64,000 nucleotides of DNA from Fidelibacterota bacterium (GCA_965212055.1 OZ243041.1:161880-225879), one strand, 5' to 3'; positions 1 to 9,224 are shown, numbered from the stretch's first letter. Program-made: numbers and translations. Notes: generated by a model from the sequence alone, not told the origin.

Positions 1-1
1 T

Positions 2-232
2 AATGAAGTTGATTTCTCACATATTTCTCTTGGAAAAAAGAATAATGTTGCGATGGCAAGAGAATGTGCAAAATTCTCTAGAGAAATACTTGGAGCAAAC
101 GGAATTATGGATGATTATTCTGTTATGAGACATATGATGAATTTAGAAACAGTATATACTTATGAAGGAACCAATGAAATTCATACATTGATTATTGGCC
201 AAAAAATTACAGGTGAATCTGCTTTTGAATAG
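2..232 (+). CDS. acyl-CoA dehydrogenase, C-terminal fragment (glutaryl-CoA dehydrogenase-like); 5' end lies outside the window
   Basis: Hand translation gives ...ARECAKFSREILGANGIMDDYSVMRHMMNLETVYTYEGTNEIHTLIIGQKITGESAFE*. This matches the conserved C-terminal signature of acyl-CoA dehydrogenases. TAG stop at 230-232. Confidence 0.7.
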   Translation, partial: NEVDFSHISLGKKNNVAMARECAKFSREILGANGIMDDYSVMRHMMNLETVYTYEGTNEIHTLIIGQKITGESAFE

Positions 233-782
233 TATGGTCAATCGTTTCTATTATATTTTTTAATAATTTTTCTCTATTTACTTCTTTTCCCAGTTCCAAT
301 AATAACGAGGTATAGAGTTTATCTTGAATTGGCTCTAAATCTTGGAAACTTGAATTAACATTAATCCCAATTCCTAAAACTTGAGTGATAACCTTATCTT
401 TTACTTTCTGTTCACAAAGGATACCTGAAATTTTTTTATTATCAATATAGATATCATTTGGATATTTTATTCGTCCAGATATTTTTAATTTTTTTAGAGT
501 TGTAACAATTGATTCACAAGCAATATCAACCAAGGATTGTCCATCCATAATGTAATTTTTAGGTATAATAATAGTAAACGCTAAATCTTTATACGGCGTA
601 GAGATCCATTTTCTACCATGACGTCCTCTTCCATAAGTTTGCTTATCACAAATAACTACACCATAGCTGTCGTTATTAAGATTGAGAGCTTTTTCATTGG
701 TTGATCCCAATTCTTTTTTATAAAAGATTTTGGATGCAATGACTTTTGTATCTAGTAAATGATCACTAAGATCTAAGAGCAC
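207..782 (-). CDS. birA: biotin--[acetyl-CoA-carboxylase] ligase, short form without an N-terminal HTH
   Basis: GRGRHGRKW biotin/ATP-binding loop, KYPNDIY...KISGIL and GIGINVN motifs. Only 191 aa. Confidence 0.8.
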   Translation of the reverse strand: MLLDLSDHLLDTKVIASKIFYKKELGSTNEKALNLNNDSYGVVICDKQTYGRGRHGRKWISTPYKDLAFTIIIPKNYIMDGQSLVDIACESIVTTLKKLKISGRIKYPNDIYIDNKKISGILCEQKVKDKVITQVLGIGINVNSSFQDLEPIQDKLYTSLLLELGKEVNREKLLKNIIETIDHTIQKQIHL

Positions 783-1366
783 GGATCTAATTTTTTTCTC
801 ATTTTGAAAACAGTTCCTGGTTGTAATACTCCATCATTATTTCTAATCAACCTTTCATTGTCCATATATAGAATTACCCATGCAAGTTCATCGCCATATA
901 TTTCATCAGCAAGACCCCATGCTGTATCACCAGATTGTATTTGATAGTCAAAAAATTCTAAATCACAATTTTTTGCTTTACTAGCCTCTCTTTGTAATGA
1001 TAAAAAATTATAAGGATAAATTTTGTTTGGATCAGATCCAATTTCTTCTCTATTCCATTCATAAATTTCTCTCCACATTGAAGAATCTCCATATTCTCTA
1101 GAAGCAATTTTAATTAAATAATCACCCCTTTTAATCATATATGGTTCGAAAACAGTAACAGGAAGTGGTGGAGCTTCAGGTTCTTGAACAGTAAATGTTT
1201 CTACTTTCACCTCTTCTTCAACAACTCTCGTATCAGATTCAGTGGATTCTTGGCTGCTCATTTCTTCTCCTACACTAGGAGCGGTGCCAGCACAATTTAT
1301 AATCAAAAGTGTGCTTAGCAATAAAACAAATTCTTTTATTTTCATTGTATTCCTCGATTTTTTCAA
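773..1366 (-). CDS. LysM-repeat lipoprotein
   Basis: Signal peptide with lipobox LIINC. Two LysM-like segments (IKRGDYLIKIA..., IQSGDTAWGLA...). Confidence 0.6.
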   Translation of the reverse strand: MKKSRNTMKIKEFVLLLSTLLIINCAGTAPSVGEEMSSQESTESDTRVVEEEVKVETFTVQEPEAPPLPVTVFEPYMIKRGDYLIKIASREYGDSSMWREIYEWNREEIGSDPNKIYPYNFLSLQREASKAKNCDLEFFDYQIQSGDTAWGLADEIYGDELAWVILYMDNERLIRNNDGVLQPGTVFKMRKKLDPCS

Positions 1367-1429
1367 TTTTTTGTCCGTATCTATAATAATAATATTAATT
1401 TTTTAATTCAATGTTCCTGTTTTTTTTAA

Positions 1430-2917
1430 TTAGGAATATTCTCCAAAGACTTTTCTTAAAGTATCTGAAATCTCACCAAGAGTACATTTATTTTTTGCAC
1501 AACTCACAATATATGGAATTAAGTTTTCATCTGATTTTGCTTTTTCTTCTAATTTAGATAGTGCATTAGAAACTTTTTTATGATCTCGATCTTTTTTAAA
1601 CTGAGTAACAAGATCTACTCTCTTTTTATTGTCATCTTTTTGACTTTCTATGTTGATTAGATTTTCTTCATTATTGTCAATAAATTGATTAACCCCTATA
1701 AGAATCTCTTCTTTACTGTCTAAATTATTTTGAAATTGGATTGAAGAATCTGCAATTTCTTTTTCTACTTCTCCTGTTTCAATCAGTTTTTCCATTCCTC
1801 CTTTATTAGATATATCGTCAATTTTTTCCAGAACTTCCTTTACAATTTCTTTTGTTCTGGTATTTATTACATCACTATCTCCTATTGGATCTACAAAGTT
1901 TGGGATATTAGTTTCATATGCAATAATTTGTTGTATTCTTAGGGCTGCTAGAGCATTTTTTTCTGATGGAAGGCTGATAGCTTCATCTTTACCATTGGTA
2001 TGGATTGACTGTGCTCCTCCTAATACTGCAGCAAGTGCTTGTAATGTGGTTCTTACTGTGTTATTCTCGATTTGTTGTGCTGTTAATGTAGATCCCCCAG
2101 TTTGCACATGGAATCGACATAATTGAGATATAGAATCTTCTATTTTAAATCTTTCTTTTACTATTGTTGCCCAAATTTCTCTTGCTGCTCTGAATTTTGA
2201 TACTTCTTCAAAAAAATCTCGATGAGAATTGAAAAAAAATGACATTTGTGTTGTTAATTTTTCTATATCAATCCCATGTTTTTTTGCAGTATTGATATAT
2301 GTTATTGCATTTGCAAATGTAAATGCTAATTCTTGAATAGCGGTACTTCCTGCTTCTCTTATATGATATCCTGAAACTGATATTGAATTCCATTTAGGTA
2401 ATGTAGATTGACAATATTCAAATATATCACTACTCAGTCTCAATGATGGATTGATTGGGAAGATATATGTTCCTCTCGCAATATATTCCTTAAGAATATC
2501 ATTTTGGATTGTACCCTTTAAATTTGAGAGCTCATATCCTTTTTCTTCTGCTAATGCTACATAAAATGCTAATAAAATTGGGGCAGTTGCATTAATTGTC
2601 ATCGAAACAGAGACCTGTTCTAAATTTATTTCATTAAACAATAATTTCATGTCATCAATTGTAGAAATGGGTACACCGGATTTTCCAATCTCGCCATAGG
2701 AAATCTCATGATCAGAATCATAGCCAATTTGTGTTGGTAAATCAAAAGCTACAGATAGTCCACTGACACCACTGTTTAGCAAGGATAAAAAGCGACTATT
2801 CGATTCTTTAACAGATGAAAATCCTGCATACTGTCTCATCGTCCAAAGTTTTGTACGATACATATCTTTATAGATACCTTTTGTAAATGGGAAATTACCT
2901 ATCTTTTTTTTGGACAT
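1430..2917 (-). CDS. methylmalonyl-CoA mutase family protein, catalytic (substrate-binding barrel) subunit only
   Basis: FPFTKGIY...WTMRQYAGF...NSRF...GLSVAFDLPTQ.GYDSDH motifs typical of MCM large-subunit N-terminal domains. No B12-binding domain in the 495 aa. Confidence 0.85.
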   Translation of the reverse strand: MSKKKIGNFPFTKGIYKDMYRTKLWTMRQYAGFSSVKESNSRFLSLLNSGVSGLSVAFDLPTQIGYDSDHEISYGEIGKSGVPISTIDDMKLLFNEINLEQVSVSMTINATAPILLAFYVALAEEKGYELSNLKGTIQNDILKEYIARGTYIFPINPSLRLSSDIFEYCQSTLPKWNSISVSGYHIREAGSTAIQELAFTFANAITYINTAKKHGIDIEKLTTQMSFFFNSHRDFFEEVSKFRAAREIWATIVKERFKIEDSISQLCRFHVQTGGSTLTAQQIENNTVRTTLQALAAVLGGAQSIHTNGKDEAISLPSEKNALAALRIQQIIAYETNIPNFVDPIGDSDVINTRTKEIVKEVLEKIDDISNKGGMEKLIETGEVEKEIADSSIQFQNNLDSKEEILIGVNQFIDNNEENLINIESQKDDNKKRVDLVTQFKKDRDHKKVSNALSKLEEKAKSDENLIPYIVSCAKNKCTLGEISDTLRKVFGEYS

Positions 2918-2948
2918 AATAAGTTAATTTAATCCTAAAATTAGAAAT

Positions 2949-3476
2949 ATGGAATATTCTCAAATTCAAAAGATTATTTATTGGTTAAAATGTAAAAAAT
3001 ATTTTGAAAATAGTTCTAGAACTTATCGATATTCAAAAAAACAATCTGGTTCGGTTTTGGTAATTTTACCCGATAGTGATATTGCATTTGATTTTGCGCA
3101 ACTTCTTCTAGATAGAATCGAACAGAAAAAGAATAATAATATTAGTTTTCTCTTAAGAGATTCGTTAGTGAATTTTTACTCTGATGATCTTAAAAATTTT
3201 TCTGAATTATTTTCTTATACAGACATTGATTCATTAGGACTGCCTACACCATGGTTCATTAAAAAGATAAGAAAGTCTAATTACCAAAATATAGTTGATT
3301 TAAATATTGAATTTAGTCCATTTTCTTCATTTTTAGTGAGAGCTTGTCAATCTGAAGTAAGAATGGGTTTTAATTATGATAATTCAAAAAAATATTATAA
3401 TGTTATATTAGACCAAAATTATCAAAAAGATTTAAATGGAACATTTGATATGATTGGGAAGTTTATAAAAAAATGA
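2949..3476 (+). CDS. hypothetical protein
   Basis: 175-aa ORF. ATGA overlap with the next gene. No motif recognised. Confidence 0.4.
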   Translation: MEYSQIQKIIYWLKCKKYFENSSRTYRYSKKQSGSVLVILPDSDIAFDFAQLLLDRIEQKKNNNISFLLRDSLVNFYSDDLKNFSELFSYTDIDSLGLPTPWFIKKIRKSNYQNIVDLNIEFSPFSSFLVRACQSEVRMGFNYDNSKKYYNVILDQNYQKDLNGTFDMIGKFIKK

Positions 3477-4228
3477 AAAATATTATATCAGAAATTGTTT
3501 TATTGGATAAACCTGTATCATCTGTTAATGATATAGGACATCCTTGGGATCTAATTGCTAATATTCCCAAAATATTTAAAGATATTCCAAGTTCTTTTAA
3601 AAATTTTGAACATGTGATAATTAATGATGATAATGGCCCTGTAATTATAAGTGAAAATGTGATAATTGAGCCATTTACTGTTCTGAATGGCCCTCTATTT
3701 ATTGGCAAAGATTGTCTTATTAAATCTCATTCTAAGATTGCAAATTCTATTATCAACCATCATTGTAAAATTTCTGGAGAAATACATTCTTCTATATTCC
3801 AACCATATTCAAATAAAGCTCACCATGGATTTTTAGGACATAGTTTTGTTGGTTCTTGGGTGAATCTAGGGGCAGGTACTACTACCAGTAATCTAAAAAA
3901 TAACTATTCTAATGTTAGTGTCAAGTGGGATGGAGAACTTATTGATACTGGATCTATCTTTCTTGGATCAATTATTGGAGATCATGTGAAAACAGCAATT
4001 GGAACTAATTTAAATACAGGAACAGTGATTGGTATGGGTTCTAATGTTGTTTCTCAATCTTTCCCTCCACGTTATATTCCCCCATTTTCTCTGTATTATA
4101 AGGAAAAAATTAAAAAAATATCATTTGATGATTTCTGTAATACTGCTGAAAAAGCAATGTCAAGAAGAGGAAAATCTCTTTCAGACACTGAAAAAAACAA
4201 GCTACATAATATTTACAAAACTTGTTGA
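3473..4228 (+). CDS. left-handed beta-helix (hexapeptide repeat) protein, GlmU-like putative sugar nucleotidyl/acyl-transferase C-terminal type
   Basis: Hexapeptide-repeat region ...VGSWVNLGAGTTTSNLKNNYSNV...IGDHVKTAIGTNLNTGTVIG. Confidence 0.6.
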   Translation: MKNIISEIVLLDKPVSSVNDIGHPWDLIANIPKIFKDIPSSFKNFEHVIINDDNGPVIISENVIIEPFTVLNGPLFIGKDCLIKSHSKIANSIINHHCKISGEIHSSIFQPYSNKAHHGFLGHSFVGSWVNLGAGTTTSNLKNNYSNVSVKWDGELIDTGSIFLGSIIGDHVKTAIGTNLNTGTVIGMGSNVVSQSFPPRYIPPFSLYYKEKIKKISFDDFCNTAEKAMSRRGKSLSDTEKNKLHNIYKTC

Positions 4229-4260
4229 CTACCTGATTAACAACTAATATCTTCACCCTT

Positions 4261-4665
4261 ATGAGTGATGTACAAAATCATTTGGGTGAAGTAGATGAAA
4301 TCTTGAGTCCTTGTTGTGATGAAGAGATAAGGGTTTCTGCTATTGGGCCTAAACTTAAGTGCCCATTGTGTAAAACAAATCTAAAGCAAAGAGCATTTTT
4401 ACCATTTCTTGAATATCTTATGGAAAATGGACATGTTGAAAATTTAGATTTCTTTGACTTAGATTTATATAATCAAGATAAAGAAAGTTTAGACAGTCAA
4501 GATGAAGAACTAGATTTAGATAAATATGAAGTTAAAAAAGATAGTTTAAATATTTATGAAGACGATAACCGTTTAGGCAAGCCTACTGCTGTCTCTGAAA
4601 CTTCTATTGATGAGTCTGCTCTTTCCAATGATTGGACTAAATTTGCTACCGAAGATTCAGAGTAA
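4261..4665 (+). CDS. hypothetical acidic protein with an N-terminal Cys4 zinc-ribbon-like motif
   Basis: CC-x17-CPLC, followed by a highly acidic D/E-rich tail. Confidence 0.4.
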   Translation: MSDVQNHLGEVDEILSPCCDEEIRVSAIGPKLKCPLCKTNLKQRAFLPFLEYLMENGHVENLDFFDLDLYNQDKESLDSQDEELDLDKYEVKKDSLNIYEDDNRLGKPTAVSETSIDESALSNDWTKFATEDSE

Positions 4666-4729
4666 AACAGACGATTTTACTTTACAATTCATTACAGTTC
4701 GTACTAAATTGATAGAACCAAGATTTTTT

Positions 4730-4797
4730 CAGGCTATAAAATCTTGAAAGATTGAAAGAATTCCCCCGCTATCAACTTTCCTTTATAGCCTGTTTTT
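4730..4797 (+). terminator. long hairpin with perfect 11-bp stem followed by a T-run (terminator or attenuator)
   Basis: caggctataaa (4730-4740) pairs perfectly with tttatagcctg (4782-4792), then ttttta. The loop contains the tandem 8-mer ttgaaaga x2 (4744-4759). Confidence 0.45.
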
Positions 4798-4858
4798 ATA
4801 TCTCCACCTCATTTTTTTGTTTTGCTTCATTTGACGAATAGGATTAATATTGATTAAT

Positions 4859-4881
4859 CGACTGATGAGTCGGTTTTTTAA
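4859..4881 (+). terminator. short hairpin plus T6 about 25 nt upstream of the etfB start (terminator-like or attenuator)
   Basis: cgact-gatg-agtcg followed by gtttttt. Confidence 0.3.
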
Positions 4882-4905
4882 GATAAGTAGTATAAAATAA
4901 ATAGT

Positions 4906-5673
4906 ATGAAAATAGCTGTATTAACTAAAGCAATTCCAAGTTATGAATCGAGCATTCGAATTGATTCATCTGAAAGATGGATTGATGAATCAGTCGTCAA
5001 TTTTGTCGTCAATGAAAGTGATTCTTATGCTTTAGAAGAAGCTCTTCAAATCAAAGAACAATTAAATGATGATAGTGAAGTTGTAATAGTAATAATGGGG
5101 AGTGAATCCAATACATCAAAAGTATTAAAAGATGGTTTGGCAAAAGGAGCTGATAGAGGAATTTTTATTAAGAATGATATTTCTGAAACAGATCCCTTGT
5201 CTATTGCAAAGATCTTTTCTGAACATATTAAAGAAGAATCCTTTGATTTAATTCTATCAGGCCTTCAATCGGATGATTTAGGATCAGGACAAACAGGAGT
5301 ATTGATTGGAGAATTGCTCAACATGTCTACTGCGACTCTTGGGATTGAGACAAAAATGGAAGATGGAAAAATTAAAGTAAAACGTGAATTAGAGTCGGGA
5401 TGGTTTCAATGGATTACTTTACCATTTCCAGCCAGCATCTCTATTCAATCTGGAATTAATGAACCTAGGTATCCATCTTTAAAAGGGATTATGGGTGCGA
5501 AAAGAAAAGAAGTCAAGTCTCTTGATGCAAGATTAATAAATGATAGTAAGCAAAGATTTGTTCAATTATTTGTTCCAAAAACTGAGAAAGTTACTGAAAA
5601 AATTGAAGGCGATGTAGATAGTATTGTTTCAAGAATGGTCGATATATTAAAAAATACTTTAAAGGTTATCTGA
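4906..5673 (+). CDS. etfB: electron transfer flavoprotein subunit beta
   Basis: MKI.VL.K..P...S.I, 255 aa. Typical EtfB length and pattern, directly followed by EtfA with an ATGA overlap. Confidence 0.9.
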   Translation: MKIAVLTKAIPSYESSIRIDSSERWIDESVVNFVVNESDSYALEEALQIKEQLNDDSEVVIVIMGSESNTSKVLKDGLAKGADRGIFIKNDISETDPLSIAKIFSEHIKEESFDLILSGLQSDDLGSGQTGVLIGELLNMSTATLGIETKMEDGKIKVKRELESGWFQWITLPFPASISIQSGINEPRYPSLKGIMGAKRKEVKSLDARLINDSKQRFVQLFVPKTEKVTEKIEGDVDSIVSRMVDILKNTLKVI

Positions 5674-6644
5674 TGATACTTGTTGTACTAGAAAATCAAC
5701 GAGGTAATATCCATGCTTTTAGTCAAGAAGCAGTTGTTGCAGGACAACAATTATCTGAAAAACTCGGCCTAGATTTATCTATTTTGTGTTTAGGAGAAAA
5801 TGCTAGCTCTTTAAAGGAACAAGCTGCTGGTTATAAAGCAACAAATTTAATTTTGGCTGAGCATGATTTAATTAATTCTTATTCTGCTGATGGTTATTCT
5901 AAAACTCTATCTCAAGTAATATCTGAATTATCACCAAAATATGTTCTTATGGGTCATTCTTATATGGTGCGTGATTTTTTGCCTCGGGTAAGTGCAAAAC
6001 TTAATATTCCATTTATTAGCGATATTATTACAGTTGACTATGATAGTGATTCTCCAACTTTTTCGCGACAAGTTTTCAATGCAAAACTTGCTACAAAAGT
6101 GCAAGCAGATGCAGAGACAGTGCTTTTAAGTTTTCAATCTGCAGCATTCTCTTCTGATGATATTGAAAGTGGTGGATTAGACAATCAGTCAGATTTTTCA
6201 GTAACTCTTGATAGCAGTGATATCAAATCAGAAAGTGAAGCAGAATTTCAGGAGTCTGCTTCTGGTGTAGATTTAACCACTGCTGAATTAATTGTATCTG
6301 TTGGCAGAGGAATTGATAGTCAAGATAATTTGCCTCTAGTTGAATCTCTAGCATCATCTATGGGGGCAGAACTTGCTTCTTCAAGACCTGTAGTTGATAT
6401 GGGTTGGCTACCTCCTTACAGACAAATTGGAAGTTCTGGGCAAGCTGTTTCTCCAAAGCTATATCTTTCTGTTGGTATTTCAGGAGCAATTCAACATGTT
6501 GTTGGTATGAAAGGATCAAAGACTATTATGGCAATTAACAAAGATGAAGAAGCGCCTATTTTTGAGATTGCTGATTATGCAGTCATTGGTGATTTAATGG
6601 AAATTGTTCCAAAACTAACTGAAGAAATCGAGAAAAATAAATGA
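5673..6644 (+). CDS. etfA: electron transfer flavoprotein subunit alpha
   Basis: C-terminal FAD-binding signature PKLYLSVGISGAIQHVVGMKGSKTIMAINKDEEAPIF. Confidence 0.9.
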   Translation: MILVVLENQRGNIHAFSQEAVVAGQQLSEKLGLDLSILCLGENASSLKEQAAGYKATNLILAEHDLINSYSADGYSKTLSQVISELSPKYVLMGHSYMVRDFLPRVSAKLNIPFISDIITVDYDSDSPTFSRQVFNAKLATKVQADAETVLLSFQSAAFSSDDIESGGLDNQSDFSVTLDSSDIKSESEAEFQESASGVDLTTAELIVSVGRGIDSQDNLPLVESLASSMGAELASSRPVVDMGWLPPYRQIGSSGQAVSPKLYLSVGISGAIQHVVGMKGSKTIMAINKDEEAPIFEIADYAVIGDLMEIVPKLTEEIEKNK

Positions 6645-7300
6645 CAACAAAAGGAAAATCAATGCATTGTAAAGAATGTGGTAACAAAGTTAATAAAACG
6701 GCTGCTGTGTGTATGGGTTGTGGTACAAATCCAAGGCTTGGAAATAATTTTTGTAGCGATTGTGGGACAAAAACAAACGATAAACAAATAGTATGTGTGC
6801 AATGTGGTGCTTCACTTAGTTTATCAGGAAGATTTAATGCTTTATCAACAAAGTATGCGGGATTCTGGAAAAGAGTTGCTGCATACTTTGTTGATTATAT
6901 GGTCTTTACACCTATTCTCCTTATCTGTTTTGTACTATACGTGTATTTCTCTCCTTACACCTGGGATGAGATTATATATAGTTATTACTATAATCCATAT
7001 ATTGACTGGGCCTATTGGGTATTTATGGCGGTTCTTCCAGGCATTGTTGGGATAGCCTATTTCTGCGGAATGGAATCATCTTCAAAACAAGGAACATTAG
7101 GGAAAATGGCATTAGGTATTCAAGTTGTTGATATGAACGACAATCGGATTTCTTTTGGAAGAGCATTTGGAAGATATTTCGGAAAACTTCTTTCAGGATG
7201 TCTGTGTTACATAGGTTTTATTATGGTTGGTTTTACGCAGAAAAAACAAGGATTACATGACATATTAGCTGCGACTCAAGTTATCAATAGAAATCAGTAA
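6641..7300 (+). CDS. double zinc-ribbon / RDD-domain membrane protein (start may be the ATG at 6662)
   Basis: N-terminus has CKECG...CMGCG...CSDCG...CVQCG (four CxxC). C-terminus has three TM segments with the R..A...D and GLHD pattern of RDD proteins. An aagga RBS lies 6 nt before the ATG at 6662. Confidence 0.75.
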   Translation: MTTKGKSMHCKECGNKVNKTAAVCMGCGTNPRLGNNFCSDCGTKTNDKQIVCVQCGASLSLSGRFNALSTKYAGFWKRVAAYFVDYMVFTPILLICFVLYVYFSPYTWDEIIYSYYYNPYIDWAYWVFMAVLPGIVGIAYFCGMESSSKQGTLGKMALGIQVVDMNDNRISFGRAFGRYFGKLLSGCLCYIGFIMVGFTQKKQGLHDILAATQVINRNQ

Positions 7301-7320
7301 AAAATCTATTAAATTATCTT

Positions 7321-9180
7321 ATGATAGAATCAGATTTTCATAGTATTGAAAAAATAGCTTTAATAGTTTTTCTATTATCTGGTTTATCTTTTTTCTTTTA
7401 TCACCTTCTTTTACGTTTAAGGATCGTTTTAAAGGGAAAGTTAGATTTTCGCATTGATAATTTACCAAAACGATTATTAAGAGTTTTTAATGAAGTTATT
7501 CTTCATAAAAAGGTAGTAAGTGGTAATCGAAAGTTTTCTGGATTAATGCATGCATTTGTCATGTATGGCTTTATATTTTTTGGATTAATAACGATTAATC
7601 ATTTTTTAATGCCATTTGATATTCCATTTCTTGGTGAATTTCGTGAGGATTATTTCAAATATTTCGGTGGACCATGGGCTGTTCTATGTTCATGTGGTAT
7701 TCTTGGATTAGCCTATAGAAGATTTGTTGTTAAGCCTAAGGCATTAGGAAAATTTTCCACCACTTCTGCCTTGGTTTCATTTTTTATTGTTACTTTAATG
7801 TTTACTTATCTTATTGATGAATTTCATTTATTAAAGGATTCCCCTACAGCATGGAAAGCAAATTGGTGGATTCATTCTTCTGTTATTGGTGGATTTTTGT
7901 TTTTAATTCCTCAATCAAAACACATGCATTTAGTATTGTCACCATTTAATATTTTCCTTAGACCGTTTGAAGTTCCAGATCATCCAGCGATACCGATTGA
8001 TTTAGAAGCATCAGAAGAAAAATTAGATGAATTGTTATTAGATTTATCAAAATTAAGTAAAAACCAGGCATTAGATATCTTTACATGCGTAGAATGCGGT
8101 AGATGTACTGATGTATGTCCAGCAAATCGAGGTGGGGGGATTCTAGATCCAAAGTATCATTTTATTTTAGATTTAAAGAACCCTATGCTTGAATCAAATG
8201 ATGTTAATGTTGTAGACAAGATTAATGTAGAGGCTGGATGGGAATGTACAACATGTCAAGCTTGTACAGAAGTATGTCCAGTAGGGAATCATGTAGAAAA
8301 AGCGGATGAAATAAGAAGTTTTCAAGTGATGGTTGAAGGAGATGTTCCACAAGAGTATCAAAAATTACTTCGCAATCTACAAGAAACGGGTAATACAGAA
8401 GGTGCTTCATCCAGTACACTACTTGAACAATTGCCTGAGTATACTCCAGATAAGGAACTTGTTTTATGGTTGGGTTGTTTTGCAAAGCATGCTATGGATC
8501 CTAATTTTGTTAAATCGGTTGAGAATTTTACCAAAATTCTTGATTCAGCTGGTATTACATATGGAGTTCTTAGCAATGAACAATGTTCAGGAGATCCAGC
8601 AAACAAATTAGGCGATAAACTCACCTATCAAATGTTGATGGATAATAATGTTGAAGAATTAAATAAAGTGAAAAAAGTTACAACTATGTGTCCTCACTGT
8701 GTTGTGAATTTGCAAAACGAATATAGTAAATATCATGAGATTAAATATGAAGTTAAACATCATACTCAAGTTATTTCAGAATTATTAGACGAAGGGAAAA
8801 TTAATATTAACCCTGGTAGCTTAGAAAAAGTTACTTATCATGATCCTTGTAATTTGTCTAGAACACTTGATGAAGTAGATGCGCCTAGAAATGCTATTAA
8901 AGCCGCAGCTCCAGAATTTTTTGAACTAGATGAGAGTGGAAAAGAAACATTATGTTGTGGAGCCGGTGGTGCACTTTGGTGGAAAAAAGATACCGGAGAA
9001 GGACGAACCCATCTTTTACGTGCTGAACAGGTAATCGAATCAAAAACTGATACCGTTGTTACAGGATGTAATTTTTGTTATGGAATGATGAATCAAGGGA
9101 TCGATCCATTAACGCCAAAAGGACAAGATAAGATAAAAGTAAAAGATGTTGCAGATATTGTAGCAGAAAATTTATCCTAG
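7321..9180 (+). CDS. membrane-anchored Fe-S oxidoreductase (HdrD/GlpC-like, ETF-associated putative ETF:quinone oxidoreductase substitute)
   Basis: N-terminal multi-TM domain. Two 4Fe-4S motifs (CVECGRCTDVCP, CTTCQACTEVCP). Two cysteine-rich CCG-type domains (CPHC...; CCGAGG). Confidence 0.8.
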   Translation: MIESDFHSIEKIALIVFLLSGLSFFFYHLLLRLRIVLKGKLDFRIDNLPKRLLRVFNEVILHKKVVSGNRKFSGLMHAFVMYGFIFFGLITINHFLMPFDIPFLGEFREDYFKYFGGPWAVLCSCGILGLAYRRFVVKPKALGKFSTTSALVSFFIVTLMFTYLIDEFHLLKDSPTAWKANWWIHSSVIGGFLFLIPQSKHMHLVLSPFNIFLRPFEVPDHPAIPIDLEASEEKLDELLLDLSKLSKNQALDIFTCVECGRCTDVCPANRGGGILDPKYHFILDLKNPMLESNDVNVVDKINVEAGWECTTCQACTEVCPVGNHVEKADEIRSFQVMVEGDVPQEYQKLLRNLQETGNTEGASSSTLLEQLPEYTPDKELVLWLGCFAKHAMDPNFVKSVENFTKILDSAGITYGVLSNEQCSGDPANKLGDKLTYQMLMDNNVEELNKVKKVTTMCPHCVVNLQNEYSKYHEIKYEVKHHTQVISELLDEGKININPGSLEKVTYHDPCNLSRTLDEVDAPRNAIKAAAPEFFELDESGKETLCCGAGGALWWKKDTGEGRTHLLRAEQVIESKTDTVVTGCNFCYGMMNQGIDPLTPKGQDKIKVKDVADIVAENLS

Positions 9181-9224
9181 TTTGGTATATAAACATTTTT
9201 TCCTTAAATTTTTAAATCAATTTC

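Noticed and set aside
2918-2948. Cobalamin riboswitch upstream of the mutase gene, or a preQ1 riboswitch upstream of queD at 52293-52305
   Set aside because: The available spacers are only about 31 nt and 13 nt, which is too short for either riboswitch class.
8222-8624. Three track ORFs (8222-8485 minus, 8333-8611 plus, 8358-8624 minus) inside the Fe-S oxidoreductase gene
   Set aside because: They are fully embedded in, or antisense to, a 619-aa ORF with strong Fe-S and CCG motifs. Their translations are low-complexity and carry no motif.
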